DNA of 49,807 nt, counting the filler, from Ionaspis alba (taxonomy: Eukaryota), in the NCBI GenBank assembly GCA_964255285.1. It is 2 parts of 2 records of this genome, joined end to end, with 100 filler letters (N's around TTAATTAATTAA, not from the genome) between each part and the next. Parts side by side here need not be neighbours in the genome. Positions count along the whole stretch, not along the records: positions 1 to 24,871 come from CAXUUL010000164.1; 1 more part is not named here. One strand, written 5' to 3'. How positions within the stretch are numbered: position 1 is the first letter of the stretch; every line of letters starts with the position of its first letter. This document shows, in pieces, positions 1 through 13,311 of this stretch. A model generated the notes under the pieces. It had not been told where the DNA came from, made no database searches, and saw only the letters and a program-made list of their open reading frames with translations. Made by a program: the position numbers and the translations under genes.

Positions 1-3000
1 GCACAAACCTTCCCCTAAACGGTAGTGTCTCTCTCGGGAGATCTGGACCGGAAGCCTATCCTGAAATTTAGTATCTAGAGCCAATATATTCCGAATCCAC
101 ATCTTGCGCCGATAAATCGAGTAGGATGCGCGGTATGCGCGTATGTCAGCCAAAGAATTCGAGATACCAACAAGCTCGATAGCCGCAAAAGCAGACTCTC
201 TTACGCCATTGCCATGTGAGTTCTGTAAGGATGTTATGATCTTCCTCTCCACCCACCCCACTGTGATCTACAGGATCTGGGTTCCATCTCCCATCTCATG
301 CATGAAAGGGTGGAGGATTTTCCAATGGGGGGACTACTTAGCCTACCGCTGCAGGGGGCGCACGCCCACTTTTCCCGAAATACCGGGACCCCAAGCCACT
401 ATGGCCTCTGCTAAATCCCGGCTAACTCCCCCGGAAGGGCCACCTAATCGTCCCGACTACTAAACCTTGACTCCGATCAGACCGTGCACATGCCCGTACG
501 CCAGCCCAGTAAACCGCCATAACCGCCACAGTCGTGTTTTTGCCACTACAGCCCATCACACGCGATATGTATACGTTGTGTGATGGCAAGGTCAACGATC
601 CTTTCTCCAAAGCACAATTGAACATGGAAACCCTCGCTGATCAAGTTGGGAATTGGTTATCATTTCATTTATTTCGCGGTACTGGTATTGCAACCTCGAG
701 GATTTTTTGCGCCTTTGCCGTGACGAAAAATCCCACCCGACAAAGGGTCTCCGGCAGCGTCCAGATTTCGCACGGCATTTCTATATTGTGTTACTGTAAC
801 TGCAATGTGCTCTATTGATCCTTCCCGCGATCTCCATTCTGTGATGTTTCACCGTCGAGTCTCTCTCACAGCTTGTGAGGAACAATACCTCATTGCAGTC
901 GCTGCTGCGAGGCATTGTCTTCCGAGATCAGCAAGAGCAGTAGTAACGGTATTGCTCAGATGTGTGGAAGCAAAACAATGAAGACTAAGCCTCGAGTAAG
1001 ACGGCGTTTCTATCATGCGCCGAGGCACTGCTTCACTTCACCCTAGTGACTTTTCAAATCATCATTGGTTCCCTTGCCCTGTTGTTTTGTATTACCGCCC
1101 TTTCCTGTTAAAATGTCGCATATCTCGCTTTCTCATACGTTGATTCAAACTTGTTGCAATCTTCAATGACCATGTGGTTGGGAGATCTTCTTGTCCTTGG
1201 TTGAGGTCCAGACCAAGGGCTCGCTCGCACGTACTTGTGTGCTCGATCTTCGACTTCGGACTTCCCTCAGGAGCGGAAGACGTTGGAGTGATGATCTCCA
1301 TTGTCTGTTACATGCATTCACCTTCCACGAGCCGTAAGAATCGTCTGCAACCAAGCACCACGGACCATGAATTGGTAACCTCAGTGACCCCAGATCGCAT
1401 ACGTCCTCGTACCCGCGTAGAGCTATGCACGTACTCTGGACACCATCCTCGAGTCCCTACATACAATTGTTCCACACTTCACGGCGGCACACCCTTTGCC
1501 AACCACTTCAACCACACTTAGACGAGGATAACCTGGCTGCTGTTGAGTTCCAGACTCTGCTTATCACTACGCTGTTGAGGAGCACTCTCATTCGCACTCT
1601 TAGCAGATCGAACAGGGAGAATGAATGGCGTGATATGTGCGTAAGACAGCCTACTCGCTGTACACTTGATCTCTCAGAGGCAACGAGCCGAGGAGGACAA
1701 TGGGCAGAGCTGAAAGCGGTATGCCAATGAGAAGGCCTTGGAAACGAGCCTCCACGAAGCCACTCGATAAGGTCTGTGCTCATGAGCGAACGGTAAGTAC
1801 CATCCAGTGTGCATCCTATCAACTGCGAGTCCTCACCGATGTCCCAAGTCGTCAAGAGGAAGCCGTCAGCCAGAAACTTCCCGTCCGGATCCTTCGACCG
1901 TCAGCCCCCGAGCGCACTGATCAACCAATTTCAAGAAGGTTCACGAACCAGAAGTCGAGGTCCATACCCCTTCCCCTATTTCTGTGCCGGCACAGTCGGG
2001 GTTCCCCCCGTTTCCGCCACTACCACGGATACCTCTCAACACACTCAGCTATTGGAACCCCCACAGAAGCCTCCAACACAGCCAAATCCCAGAGGCGTAC
2101 CCACAAACCATGATCCCTCAACCACACCTTCGATGACACGGATCTCCGACGTCGAGCCATGGTGGAGCATACAATCAAGAAAGTAAAAATTTTCGTGTCC
2201 CGCGTGGATCAAAGCTCCTGGATGCCTGTTTCTTGGACGCCATGGTCCACCCGACTAGAGTGGTTGAGGTTTCAGAGCCTGTGAACCGTCCATCTGAGCT
2301 CGCACAGTCTGCACATGCTGCATATCCATCGCTCTCCACCACACTGCTTCTCCAAACAGCTCCTGCCACCATCGGCCACAGCATCTGCCGAGCAGTAAGC
2401 AACTCCACAAGTTCGCGCTCACACCACTCTGCCTTTTCATTTGTTTTTCAAAAGGCTACAACGCCTCCACAACTTGGGTTCACCGGGGATTCTAGCCTGT
2501 CGTGCTCCTAGGATCTGTGCTCTCGATATTCATCGGAGGGAGACTTACTCTGGACAAGCTACAGTCGTCAGTTTCACCCCCTCTCAAAGAATTACAAGGT
2601 CCACCTGGCAACTCTTCTCACGGACTTGCAGTGGGATGAGGATGCCCCTCTTTTTCCCATACACATTTCTACAAATCCACTTTTCTTGCAGTATACCAGA
2701 CCTCAGATTGATTCTTTCTTTGCTTCAGCACATCCATGATGAGTAATAATGTGGAGCAACATACTGCAGAATTCATTGCGTTGAGCTGCAGCGGCTACGG
2801 CGTTTCGAACTTCTCCTCCACTCGAATCCGCATGAGATGTCACAGTCTTTTGGTTGCAAACTCCGTGATGTTACGTTCCTTGCTGTTGTCCAAACCACGC
2901 ATCCTCTTTGTCTCCATGGTAGAGCGACACACCCTGTCAAGTTCCAATCCTCGTGGCTGTCCATAGCCCCCGGCGCCGTCTTCAAATCGATTGTCGACCA

Positions 3001-3873
3001 CCCATCCAGGCCACTTACACACGCGTCTATCAAGCAGAACTATAATTCAGGCTACTGCGTGACTGTCATAACAGGGTGTGGACCCTCTAGAACGCGAGTT
3101 GATGACACCTCAGACAGGGTATGCTGCCAACTACAGTCGTGTGGTGCTGGGAAACTACAGAATGGATGTCAAGGGAAAGAACGCTCATCGAATCAAGGGC
3201 AACCAGACATGAACCCCGCCCAGAACCGGACAAGAACATGATAAGCAGTGCCGGCTTGGGGCATTCAAAATGAGAATGCACTGAGGTGAGGAAAGAAGAT
3301 TTGCTGGGAGGAGCAGGAGTACTAACATGTAATAACAACAGAGCCGAAGAGAACTTCACCTGACATACAAACAACCTAGAGCTTCCATCAAAGGACTGCA
3401 TACATCATATTGAGCCCTCATAGACGGTTCATACCATTGCTAAGTAATCCTCATGCTCAACAGCTATATGGACGAGGACTTCAAACACCTAAGTTGGTAA
3501 CGTATGTTCCGACATAACATTTAGGATAGGCGAACGGAACAATTCCACCGACCTTACGAGTGGACTCATCAGCACAAAGAACACCAGCGGTGAATAGATC
3601 GTTGAATATCATTTAGGTATCTGGCTATCTTGCAAAACGCCCGTCCTCCACTCCCTGCTCGGAAGATACAGAACAACGACCGCAGCAAAAGAAGAAAACA
3701 TGGACTGTGCACCCCGCTGATCCATCGCCATCACCTTTTCTTCCTCTTACTTCTTCATTCACAAAAGACCCCAACGCATAATACAGAGACGTGTGGCTGG
3801 AAACAGCTGGGCCTAAAAGCTTCAACGCTGGACGTGACGTGGCAGAAATAGCATGAAGACCTTCTATATACCA

Positions 3874-3973
3874 NNNNNNNNNNNNNNNNNNNNNNNNNNN
3901 NNNNNNNNNNNNNNNNNNNNNNNNNNNNNNNNNNNNNNNNNNNNNNNNNNNNNNNNNNNNNNNNNNNNNNNNN
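3874..3973. other. Assembly gap (100 N) flanked by an identical 55-bp sequence
   Basis: 100 Ns; 3819-3873 is repeated exactly at 3974-4028, typical of unmerged overlapping contig ends. Confidence 0.95.
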
Positions 3974-4214
3974 GCTTCAACGCTGGACGTGACGTGGCAG
4001 AAATAGCATGAAGACCTTCTATATACCAGCTCTTGAAACAATAACCGCAGCTTTTGCTTGTCCCGATATAGCTCTAGCACTTCCCTTTCGCATGTAGATT
4101 CCATCCCAAGCCACCGACATTCACCTCACTCACGCACAACACTCAAGTCATTCTCAGCTTCTCCAACCATCCGCACGAGCCATCCAGCTCCATATATGCA
4201 GGCCTTCACATTCT

Positions 4215-6666
4215 CTATCTGAACCTCGCCGTACACCGCCCCATAATCTCTCCTTGACAGACAAGCTCAGCATTGAACTCGGTGCCATCAAGCGTGAGGT
4301 AGATATCGAAGTAGACGCGGTAGAAAGTCCCCTGGGGCGTATCCATGCGCTCGAAATCCTTCTCCAGATTCTTCCTTGAAAGATCCGACGTCAAAGTCAC
4401 AACCTCCTTGATCCCTATACAAAGTCATCAGCAAGATCATCCTCTTTGATCCCACTCTTGAGATAAACGGCATAGTGAGAGAGAAGGAGGGAGGGGGGGA
4501 AAACTTACGCGGATCCTTAGTATACTCCGGACAAACATCCTCATCACAAGCATACAAAATATCCTCATACATCAACGTCGCCCCTGGCGCCACCTGCCTA
4601 AAAAAGCTCACCTTCACCGGCTCCCCATTCTTCACCCTCTGCCCCTTCTGCACAAAGATCTGCCGCGTGTACTTACACCGGTCCTTACCATCCAGACTGG
4701 GGACGCGGTACTGCTCCGGGTGGTGACCCTCCTTGAAGGGTTGCAGCGTCGCCATTAAGTAGTGGCGGCGCGCCACCCGCGATGTGACGACACGCTCGGT
4801 GATACCCGCAGTGACGGCGCCTTTGACGATAGCGGCGACGGAGTCCATGGGGCGGACGACTTTGGTTTGGAATTGGGGTGGGACGTGCAGTTTTATTTGT
4901 TGGAAGAGGTATTCGGAAGCGCCGAAGCCGCCGACGACGAGGACGTTCTGGGTTATCATACATCAGCTATCATGTCCCGTTGGGTGTAGAAAGTAAGAGA
5001 GGCAGGATAGAAGACTTACTTGAAGCGTTCTGTTCTGGGCTTGAATGGCAATGATCTGGTTCCTGACGAGTTCCAAAATGCGATTGACGACCGGCTCGAA
5101 GCACTGCAGGATTTCCTCGTTCGTGAATGTCATATAGCCTTCTTCGATACCGGCTTCCGGGAACTCGGCCTCAATCCCCACATCGACAGCCCATTTCTGG
5201 CCATTGTTGCGGAAATCGGCTTTGATGCGGTTCTCGAAGTCCATAATACATTTCGCGTACACCTTACCCGCGGTCTTGGAGCCATCGGGGAGTTTCATCT
5301 TACGAATCTTGGCTCTCAAAATGTTGCTGAAATTACGATTTAGTGCCGTTGATCCGCACGAGTCGCCGGAGCCGGCTGTGCATTCGGCGACAGTGAAGGG
5401 GGTTTCCTCTTCGACTTCGTAGGCGATGAGATCGACGGTTCCACCACCGCAATCGACGATGAGGACTGCATCGCGGATCTTGAGGTTGAGAAGACCAGTC
5501 TTGGAACAGAACATGGCGGCTGCTTCGGGTTCGGTGATGAGAGTCAGTCGGTTGTCATTTTCGTCACGGAGGAAGCCGGCTTGGATGGCAGCGGCACGAG
5601 TAGCGGCTTTGCCAGCGTCGTTCCAGATGGCGGGCACGGTCAGGAAGTAGCGGATATTGCGCTCTTCGCGGTTGAAAACCTCGCCGAGGGTTTTGGTCAG
5701 CTGGTGACGCATTGCTTGCCGTAGTTTGAACAGGTAGTCGGCAGCGACGTCGATTTCGGATTTTCCGGGCGGTAGAGGGGGAAGGTTTATGGGATCGATG
5801 TAGGTATTGCCGGAAAGCATGAGTTGGAGTTTAAACCATTCGACTTTTTGTACGCCGGGTTTGGGATAGCCTGTTGGGGCGAGGGCGTCGGCGATATCGG
5901 GTCCCCATCCTACGACTTTTTGGTATTGGTCGTAGTATAAGACGGTGGGAATCTGTAGGTAATTAGCCTTTCGAACCCATTCCCATGTTAAAGAACATAC
6001 CTTTTGTTTGGACTGTGTGCCAGCTCCGGGCCATTCTGTGATTATATCTTCTTTCGCCTCGGTGTTGGTCGCAAATGCAAATGCAACACCAGAGAAAGTT
6101 GTTCCCTAGATTAAACCTGATGAGCTATTGTAGACCTCGCTGTGGTACGATTTACTCACAAAATCAATGCCAACGATCAGTTGCGCTTTACTCCGGCCAG
6201 CGCCTTCGACCTCGACAGCTGCTCCTCGAGTAGAGTATTGGCCGAGGGAAGGTTGTGGTGGTCCTCCATGAATACCTGCGCCGGCTTGTCCGTACCCGCC
6301 GGCGTACTGAGGTGGTTGTGATGCAGCACCTCCAAGAGCGGGATGGCCTTGAGAATAAGCGCCGGTATGGATTGGAGGTGGATGATGCGATACTGCTTGT
6401 TGAGCCCCAGGTGGCATGGGACTGGTCGCTCTTGGAGCACTGGGATTATATGTATAGCTGGGAGGGCGTCCCAGCCCGTTCTGCTGGTGACTGTTCATCG
6501 GGAGACTGGTGGTGGAAGAGGTGCTGCCGGTCGGGGTATGGACAGCACCGTTTGGCACGGGCGATAACGAGGATTGGTTGTTTGCGGTATTGACAATGTT
6601 CGGACTACTGGACTTGCGCTTCGATCCAAATCCAAGGTTTCTGAATCGTGAGTTCATCAGGTCCAT
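4215..6666 (-). CDS. Hsp70-like (HSPA12-type) protein, 5 exons (6666-6160, 6105-6001, 5952-5020, 4947-4509, 4414-4215)
   Basis: Splicing joins LIVGIDF|GTTFSGVAF (phosphate-1 motif); also LTVPAIW, EPEAAA, VDCGGGTVDL, VVGGFGASEYL. All introns are GT-AG with consistent phase. P/G/Q-rich N-terminal extension. Confidence 0.9.
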
Positions 6667-7790
6667 ATGCTTTGATGGTTTTGAGTCAGGCTTGATTTGA
6701 GGACAAAGGACATTCGCCCATTTGCTTGCGGTGAATTTGGATAGTACCTTTTTCTTTTCTTATTATTGGAAGATGATTTTCTTTGCGAATCTGGCAGACG
6801 TTCAAACTTGTCTGGCCCAGATTACTAGGATTCACTGACTCGTGGGCGGTGCTTTCGACGATTCCAAGGACGATCCCTAGCACGATGGCGGAGCAAGCCT
6901 ATCCCGTGACTTCGATTGGTTGCAGTTCAGATGGAAATAATAATGCGGTATTGCTGGAATCAAGCATAAAAACCATGCCTAAAAATATCATTTCCATCCG
7001 GCGTATCGTCGTTACTTTGTACGAGTCGAGGAGCACTTTGCGACGTGAATGCACCTGAAGGGTTGAATGGGAAGAGAGAGGACGAAGGGTATGAGGGCGA
7101 GATTGCGAGGTGCGAGACGAAAGCCCCAAGCGGTTCTCACTCTAAGTCTTATTCCAGATGCGAATGCGAAGGATTGATTGCTCAGCCCTGTATCAGCCAA
7201 CCCCACCTTCGAAAGGACTCTGCAGCGCGCAGCGAACGAAAATAGAGAAGAAGTCCTGCAGTGCACAACGCACCGTTACTGTGCTTTCGTAGTCGGGACT
7301 TTTCCAGAGGAGGGAGGAATCAGCCTCGTCAGCGGATCAGTAATATAAGTGGTCTGAGGGAAAGGACACGGAAGGGCCCAGTCCAGACAATAATGACTCC
7401 CGCCCTCCACTCGAAGGTCAGACAAAGGAAGGATCGAGGCTAATGTGGCCTTGCCCGCCACAACCCCTGGGAACAACTCGTGGGCGGCACAAGACAATTT
7501 TAATGTGTACGAGAACGTTAGGTGTGCCTGCATGTGCTGGCTACGTGCGGCATCAACGGGCAAGCTGACATGGAATAAGGTCTCTGTGCCAGCCGCGGGG
7601 GAGCTGTTTTGGAAGAGTACACGCCTATGACTGCAACGACATGAGTGTCACAATAGTCTCATCGGATTTCAAATCGACCAAGCAGGCGGCCGTTGGATTT
7701 TGTTCAAAAGGCCGGCAGTGCCATTCTAGGTACCAACGGCCGAGGTCCACTTTGGGCAAATACCTCCACCAACCGAACAGCAGATAAAAG

Positions 7791-9236
7791 TCAAGCAGTC
7801 TTCTTTGCTATCCAATGCGACACTCTGTACAAACTTTGGGTCATGCTTTCAGGATCCTGTATGTATCCAGCACCCGAAGTCCTAATCTCCTGTTTTTCAA
7901 TCACGAATCCCATCGATTCGACAAGAAGCAAGACCTCCTCGTTTGTCAACTCTACACTTCCTGGCTCGGCGATTCCTTGATTTTCCCTAACTCCATTTCC
8001 GCCTTGGGAATCCTCCTCCCGATTTCCCGCCGCAGCCGATGGGCCCCTTTCTTCGAAATGCCAGAGAAGTGGTCCGAGATTTATCCAATATCCGCCGTCT
8101 TTGAGACAGTCATGAACTACCTTGATATAATTCAGGACGTTAGGAGCCGTATCAAGGAAGAAGACCGTAATGGCTGCATCAAATACTTGCTTGTGGCGTT
8201 CATCACCATACAAAACGACAAAATCCGCCGCTGTCATGCTCATCCTCTGGGCAGCATGTGATTTCGTTCCCTCACTACTCTTCTCCAATTCCATTCCTGG
8301 ATGGACATCTGGAATGCTGACGATTTTCAGTTGATGACTTCGACTGACATGGTTAGAGAACGTCATTGCAAAAGGATAGAGGTTAAAATGCTCGTTTGGA
8401 TGGATCTCATTCAGGACCCAATTGCTGGCCAAGAGCTGATGGTAGGAGATCTCATTGCCTTCAACGTTGTATCCCAGTTTGCATATCTCAAACACCAGCC
8501 GACCGAGTCCGGCTCCAGGTACCAAGACCTGGATCTCTCCTTTGTCCTCGATGTCGGCAAACAGACGCTCAACGCCCTGCAAAACAGGACTATAGCAAGC
8601 CTCCCGTTCAGGGCTTCCTTCTGCACTCCAGTCGCGATAGAGTTGTCGGATAGTGGTGTGCACTTTGTCCATATCCGAGGATTTCGCAGTACCCCTCCAT
8701 TCTTCAGCTCCATCGGCCGGCTCGTGATCGAGTCCAAAAGCTTCAAGTCCTGATCTTAGAACTTTAGATGCTATCTCGCTATTATTATCAATGGCGTCGT
8801 CGACAGCGTCGAACTTAGAGAGGATATTGAGTGGAGGAGCAGAGAGTTTCTGCCACTGCGTTGTAGGAAGAGCATAGAAGTTCTGCCGTCTTCGATGCGT
8901 CACGTTGTAGTGGGCAGCTTTCCGGTACTGTCTAATGTAGTCAATAGAGTGTACGGTGTTACACTTCAGCGTACTTTGTGTGAATCGTAGAGCTCAATGA
9001 CATTTTTAAATAGCTGGGGCTTGTCAAGGTTGCTGGTAAAGCTCTCACAACCATTTAAGCCATTATGTGATCGTGATTCGCTACTCTGCGTCTACAATAA
9101 CAAATGCACAGTACGAGAAGACATTCGGGATACAGATCAAAAATTCTCACCGAAAAGAGTCCAATGCAGCATAAAGGACCCTCCTTTCTCCTGGATCGGA
9201 GAGGACATCGTCATTCTTCTCCCAAGCATTTTCCAT
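7791..9236 (-). CDS. Carnosine N-methyltransferase-like (N2227 family) SAM-dependent methyltransferase, 2 exons (9236-9151, 8931-7791)
   Basis: RQLYRDWSAEG, VLVPGAGLGRL, GNEISYHQL, TVFFLDTAPN, WINLGPLLWH. Exon 1 (MENAWEK...RVLYAALDSF) joins in phase across a 219-nt GT-AG intron. Confidence 0.9.
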
Positions 9237-9444
9237 GTCAAGAGGCTCGGCAGCGGCACAGGTTTGTCACGTATAAAAAATCTCGTTCTCTTTTTACTCC
9301 TAAACGTGTCTTCTACTGTAGAACGGGCCTTCCAATACCCTTATTACAGAACGAATCGAGGATTGGCTGATGACGTCTAAACGCGAAGAAAGTCTCCAGT
9401 GTTTTCTAATACACTGAACGGACTCGCACGTGACTCAATACGAG

Positions 9445-10799
9445 CTACTGGAGGGCTTGGCTACATGCAGCCCAATCAAGTCGTGGTCCTGCAGAATAAT
9501 AGCCAATGAAAGGGGTCTGTGGCTTTCGGGCCTCCTCCGCTAGCTCCAGCATTTTCTTAGCCTCCTGCAACTTCTCCCGCCTGTAATCGAAGATCTCCAG
9601 TATTGTCCCACAGATTCTTCTACGATTCTGCAACCCCAGCGGCGCGTCTATCATTGACGGTTCAACCTCGAACACCTTCTTCTGTGCCAACGTCCTGACC
9701 AGCAACTGCCAATCCCACGGCTGAGCACCACTGTTGATGGCTTCTTGATCTTTGCGTCGGCAGGCTTCTTTGTCGAGATCCCACAGCCAAGGGATCAATT
9801 TGCCGGAAATGAGCGCTTCGCGCCAGTAGGCTGGTGGCATCATTTGTGTGCAGGCCCAGGAGCCGATCTTGAGAGGATGCAATTCGCAGAGAATAGCGTG
9901 CATGAGTTCGACTGGGAGCTCTGAGAGCTTATCTGTGAACGCTTGAGTGGAGGGGGAGACCGCTAGTGGAAGATTGGGTACATGGTGTAGCTTCGATAGG
10001 AGGTAGGTTGTAAGATCTGGGATTGTGATGGGCGATGCTTCGAAAAGCTATTTTCCTGGTCAGGCGTATGCACAAAACATTAAAGAGGAAAATAGACTAA
10101 CAGCAGCACGTTCAGTAATACTGCGCCTTACAAGTTCTGTCCAGTAATCTTGATGGATGTTCTGGGTCCCGCTATTGCCTTTTCAATGGATGTTGTGGAG
10201 ACCTGCTGAAGACGGCCCATGGGTCCATTCAACGAAACGGATCTCAAGAGCATGATAGAACGAAGCCAAAGACTTCGGAATCGAAGGTGCTTTGAGAGAA
10301 TGACATTCGTCCATGCTTCGTGAAATTACATGTCGGACAAGTTGGAGGCACTCTTTATGGGCGGGGAGATAGAAGTCCTTATCGAAGCTGAAAGCCAGTT
10401 CATCACATACGGTGATTTTCTTCGGAGGTTGATCTGGATAACAAATATTCCACGTGCGGTATGTTTCGATGCCAACATTATCTATGATAAGCACATCAGA
10501 ATTGTCTGGCTTTGCATACCTTTTGATAGTGTCAACTTTCATAGTTTCGATCAGGGAATTAAGGAACATTCTTACTTGTTGGCCTTCTTTTTCTCCCTAT
10601 ATGAACTAGAAGGACTGATCAGGCAGCACTCTCCGATCCATTTCTTAGTAGTGCCTTCTTGCTGGGTTTTCAATAGATTTTAGCAGGCTAATATTCCCGA
10701 TATCTAATAGCGAGAGCCATCCTCCAATAAACGACCTTTACATACTTGAGAATCTCCTATTCCACCTTCACAGATCACACAAAATATATCATATTTCAT
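9445..10799 (-). pseudogene. Fungal F-box-domain protein gene with one in-frame TGA; predicted exons 10799-10746, 10661-10576, 10519-10132, 10047-9445
   Basis: N-terminal CVIC motif, F-box-like LSELPVELMHAILCEL, C-terminal PWLWD...WDWQLL...PLGLQNRRRI. Exon phases are consistent, but TGA at 10185-10183 interrupts exon 3. Confidence 0.65.
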
Positions 10800-11310
10800 T
10801 CCGACCATTGTGAGACTTGGTGGGATTTATTCGTGTATTCTTATCGTAGGCTTGAACTTCTGTGGTTGAAGAGGCTCTCAGACCGTCCGGAAGTGCCAGT
10901 CCTCCAAATGCGTACCACCCACGTGCATGATGGATCAAACGCGCTTAATAGTCCATGACACAAGAACCGAACAGGAGGAGTTCCGATTCCCGATCGGCCT
11001 CGGCGCCGCATTAGTTGGTACTGGGACGGCGAGTAATGTTGGATATTGTGTTAGGGTAGCATTCATGTCCATTCTGGCCTGGAGGTTGCTTAATGCCTCT
11101 AACAATTCCGTTCACCTTTGCCAAGACCAGCGTAGCCCTAACTCTTCGGCAGGCCGTTTTCTTGCAGCAAGTCCCTCGGTAAACAACGACAGCTGGGACT
11201 ATCAATTCGACCTGGGCTGTTGTAGTCTCACCTGAACACCCTCAGAATCTGCCAGGTTCTTTCTTTCCTGTTCTCGATCATTTGACCTCAGATTTCTTTG
11301 CGTCGTGCAA

Positions 11311-11911
11311 ATGCCACCTACAACCTTCTCAGCCCATCCCACCTCCGATGGCTCTCCATCCCCTGCCATCTCAGATCTCCAATCCAGCCTCCCCAACGAT
11401 ATTCCTCCGTTCCCGTCGATGGCCACCCCAAGAACCCTCGCCATCCCGCTCCCGCTCTCCCCACACACAGCTCTCCATATGCATCTCACCACCCTCGCAA
11501 CCTGCCTCATGCTCTTCATCACAACGACCACACCAGCCACATCCACCACCTCAAGCGCGCTAGGAAGCTTCGTCTACGCTATGCCTGATGTACTTTTCCC
11601 TCTCCCATTCGTTGCACTCGCTCATTTGGACCATTGCTGATGCATCTCACCAGCGGTACAACCCCTCTCAGCCCCTCAGCACACCCCTGACGCGCGTCTC
11701 CTCGAGCATCGACTTTGCAACCAGAATTGCTAAGATTCTAGCAAGGCGGACGGGGAAGCCTGCGTACGTAGGGAGCAGTGCTACGTTTGCCGGGGCGACG
11801 GTAGAGGAGGAGGTGGCGGGGGTAACGGCCGTTGTGGAGGGGGTGATGAGGTTGTTGGGCGAGGAGCGGAGAGAAGGAGAGAAAATGGTCAATGGTGTGA
11901 ATACCGAGTAA
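11311..11911 (+). CDS. 20S proteasome assembly chaperone Poc4-like protein, 2 exons (11311-11589, 11654-11911); start may be at 11419
   Basis: Spliced product ...SALGSFVYAMPD|RYNPSQPLSTPL...DFATRIAKILARRTGKPAYVGSS resembles the fungal POC3/POC4 family. Intron 11590-11653 is GT...CTGAT...CAG. Confidence 0.7.
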
Positions 11912-12427
11912 GATTTAGGCTAGCAAGGGAACAGGATTCAATGCGGAAACTACGGTACTTGATGTAGAAGTGGGCTTGAGACAGGTGGGTTCCGCCAGGA
12001 AGACGGAAAGCTACAAGTACGCGGTGCTTGTGAGCGAGGGAGACAGAGAGCATGTAAACCGGGATTGCGGCGCTCAGGGGGCGAGGTCGGGATTCAATCA
12101 GCGGGCACTCAAGCTGACAAGTTAGCAGGGTTGTCGGTATGAGGACGGAAAGGCTCTTCGCTCAAAAGCTTTGCGATTGAGAGCAAGAAGACTCCGGGTC
12201 TGATCCGGTGCGCTGAAAATTACGGGAGAGGGCGTGGCAATTCTCAATGCATTTTTCGAAGGCCCACGCCATGATAATGGAAGAAGGTAGCTCTCATAAT
12301 CAAATATCGCGATGTAGAGCATTTGAATCGAGATTCATTCAGAGCCTCGACAGCTTCCTAGCATACATTGATTGGGAGTATGCCAGACCGCCACTCCACA
12401 TCCTCCCACAAGCACTCTTCCACCTCT

Positions 12428-13311
12428 CTACCGATTGCTCTTCGCCACACGCTCCAACTCATCCTTCTTCTTGATCGCATAGCTATTACTGCTTCCCTTA
12501 GCCGCATTGATCAACTCTTCTGCCAAGCACTCCGCAATGCTCTTCACGTTCCGGAACGAGGCTTCTCGGGCACCGATGGTAAGAAGGGCGATGGCTTGAT
12601 TGACACGACGGAGAGGAGAGACGTCGACGGCTTGGCGACGGACGGTTCCAGCCGAGCCGATACGGGTGCTGTCTTCTCGGGGGCCGCAGTTGACAATGGC
12701 GTCGACGGCCACTTGGATGGGGTTTTGGTCGGTCATGATGTGGATCTGACGAAGAGGGCACGGTCAGCGATGCTGATTTATTCCTCTTATAGACGACTAA
12801 AATATTCCATGGATCTCGCTTCCTCGAACGCGATTTGTGATCAGCGTGTTGGTACATACAATCTCAAAGGAGTGGGCAACGATCCGAACAGCCATCAGCT
12901 TCTTTCCGTTGTTTCGTCCATTCATCATTAAGGAATTTGTGAGGCGCTCGATGATGGGGCATTGAGCTTTTCGAAAACGTTTGATGGCATAGCGGCCAGC
13001 GGAGTGGGAGATGTAGACGGGAGTGCGGATTTGGATGTAGTCGCTGTATTGGGTAAATGTTTGTTAGCTTAGACTTCCACAAGCATACCTGGACCACCAG
13101 AAATCTCGATGTTTCGTAGACGCTCTTTCATCAGGCATTTAGAGATGATTCCACCAGAAGGAACTCACGTTAACGAGATATCTCTAATTTCAACATCCTC
13201 ATAGCTCCATTTGTTGAACAGCTTGACAATGCCAATTTCCTCCGTCACGTCTCTGGGAAGGGCAGAATAGCCATTGGGCGCTTCGACCTCGACTTCGCCG
13301 TTGTCAGACAT
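12428..13311 (-). CDS. RPS5: 40S ribosomal protein S5 (uS7), 3 exons (13311-13169, 13043-12860, 12745-12428)
   Basis: [69 protein letters not shown]-terminus [14 protein letters not shown]. Confidence 0.98.

Noticed and set aside
3819..4028. 55-bp direct repeat as a possible LTR or TSD
   Set aside because: The copies abut a 100-N gap exactly, so an unmerged contig overlap is the simpler explanation.
8932..9150. Longer introns (also 37233-37457 and 12746-12859) as snoRNA hosts
   Set aside because: No properly placed C (RTGATGA) and D (CTGA) boxes, and no supportable H/ACA fold by eye. An Infernal/Rfam scan would settle it.
13100..13140. Hammerhead-like CTGATGA...GAAAC on the minus strand in RPS5 intron 1
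   Set aside because: Stem II lacks the closing pair next to the core, and no convincing stem I or stem III with a UH cleavage site can be formed.
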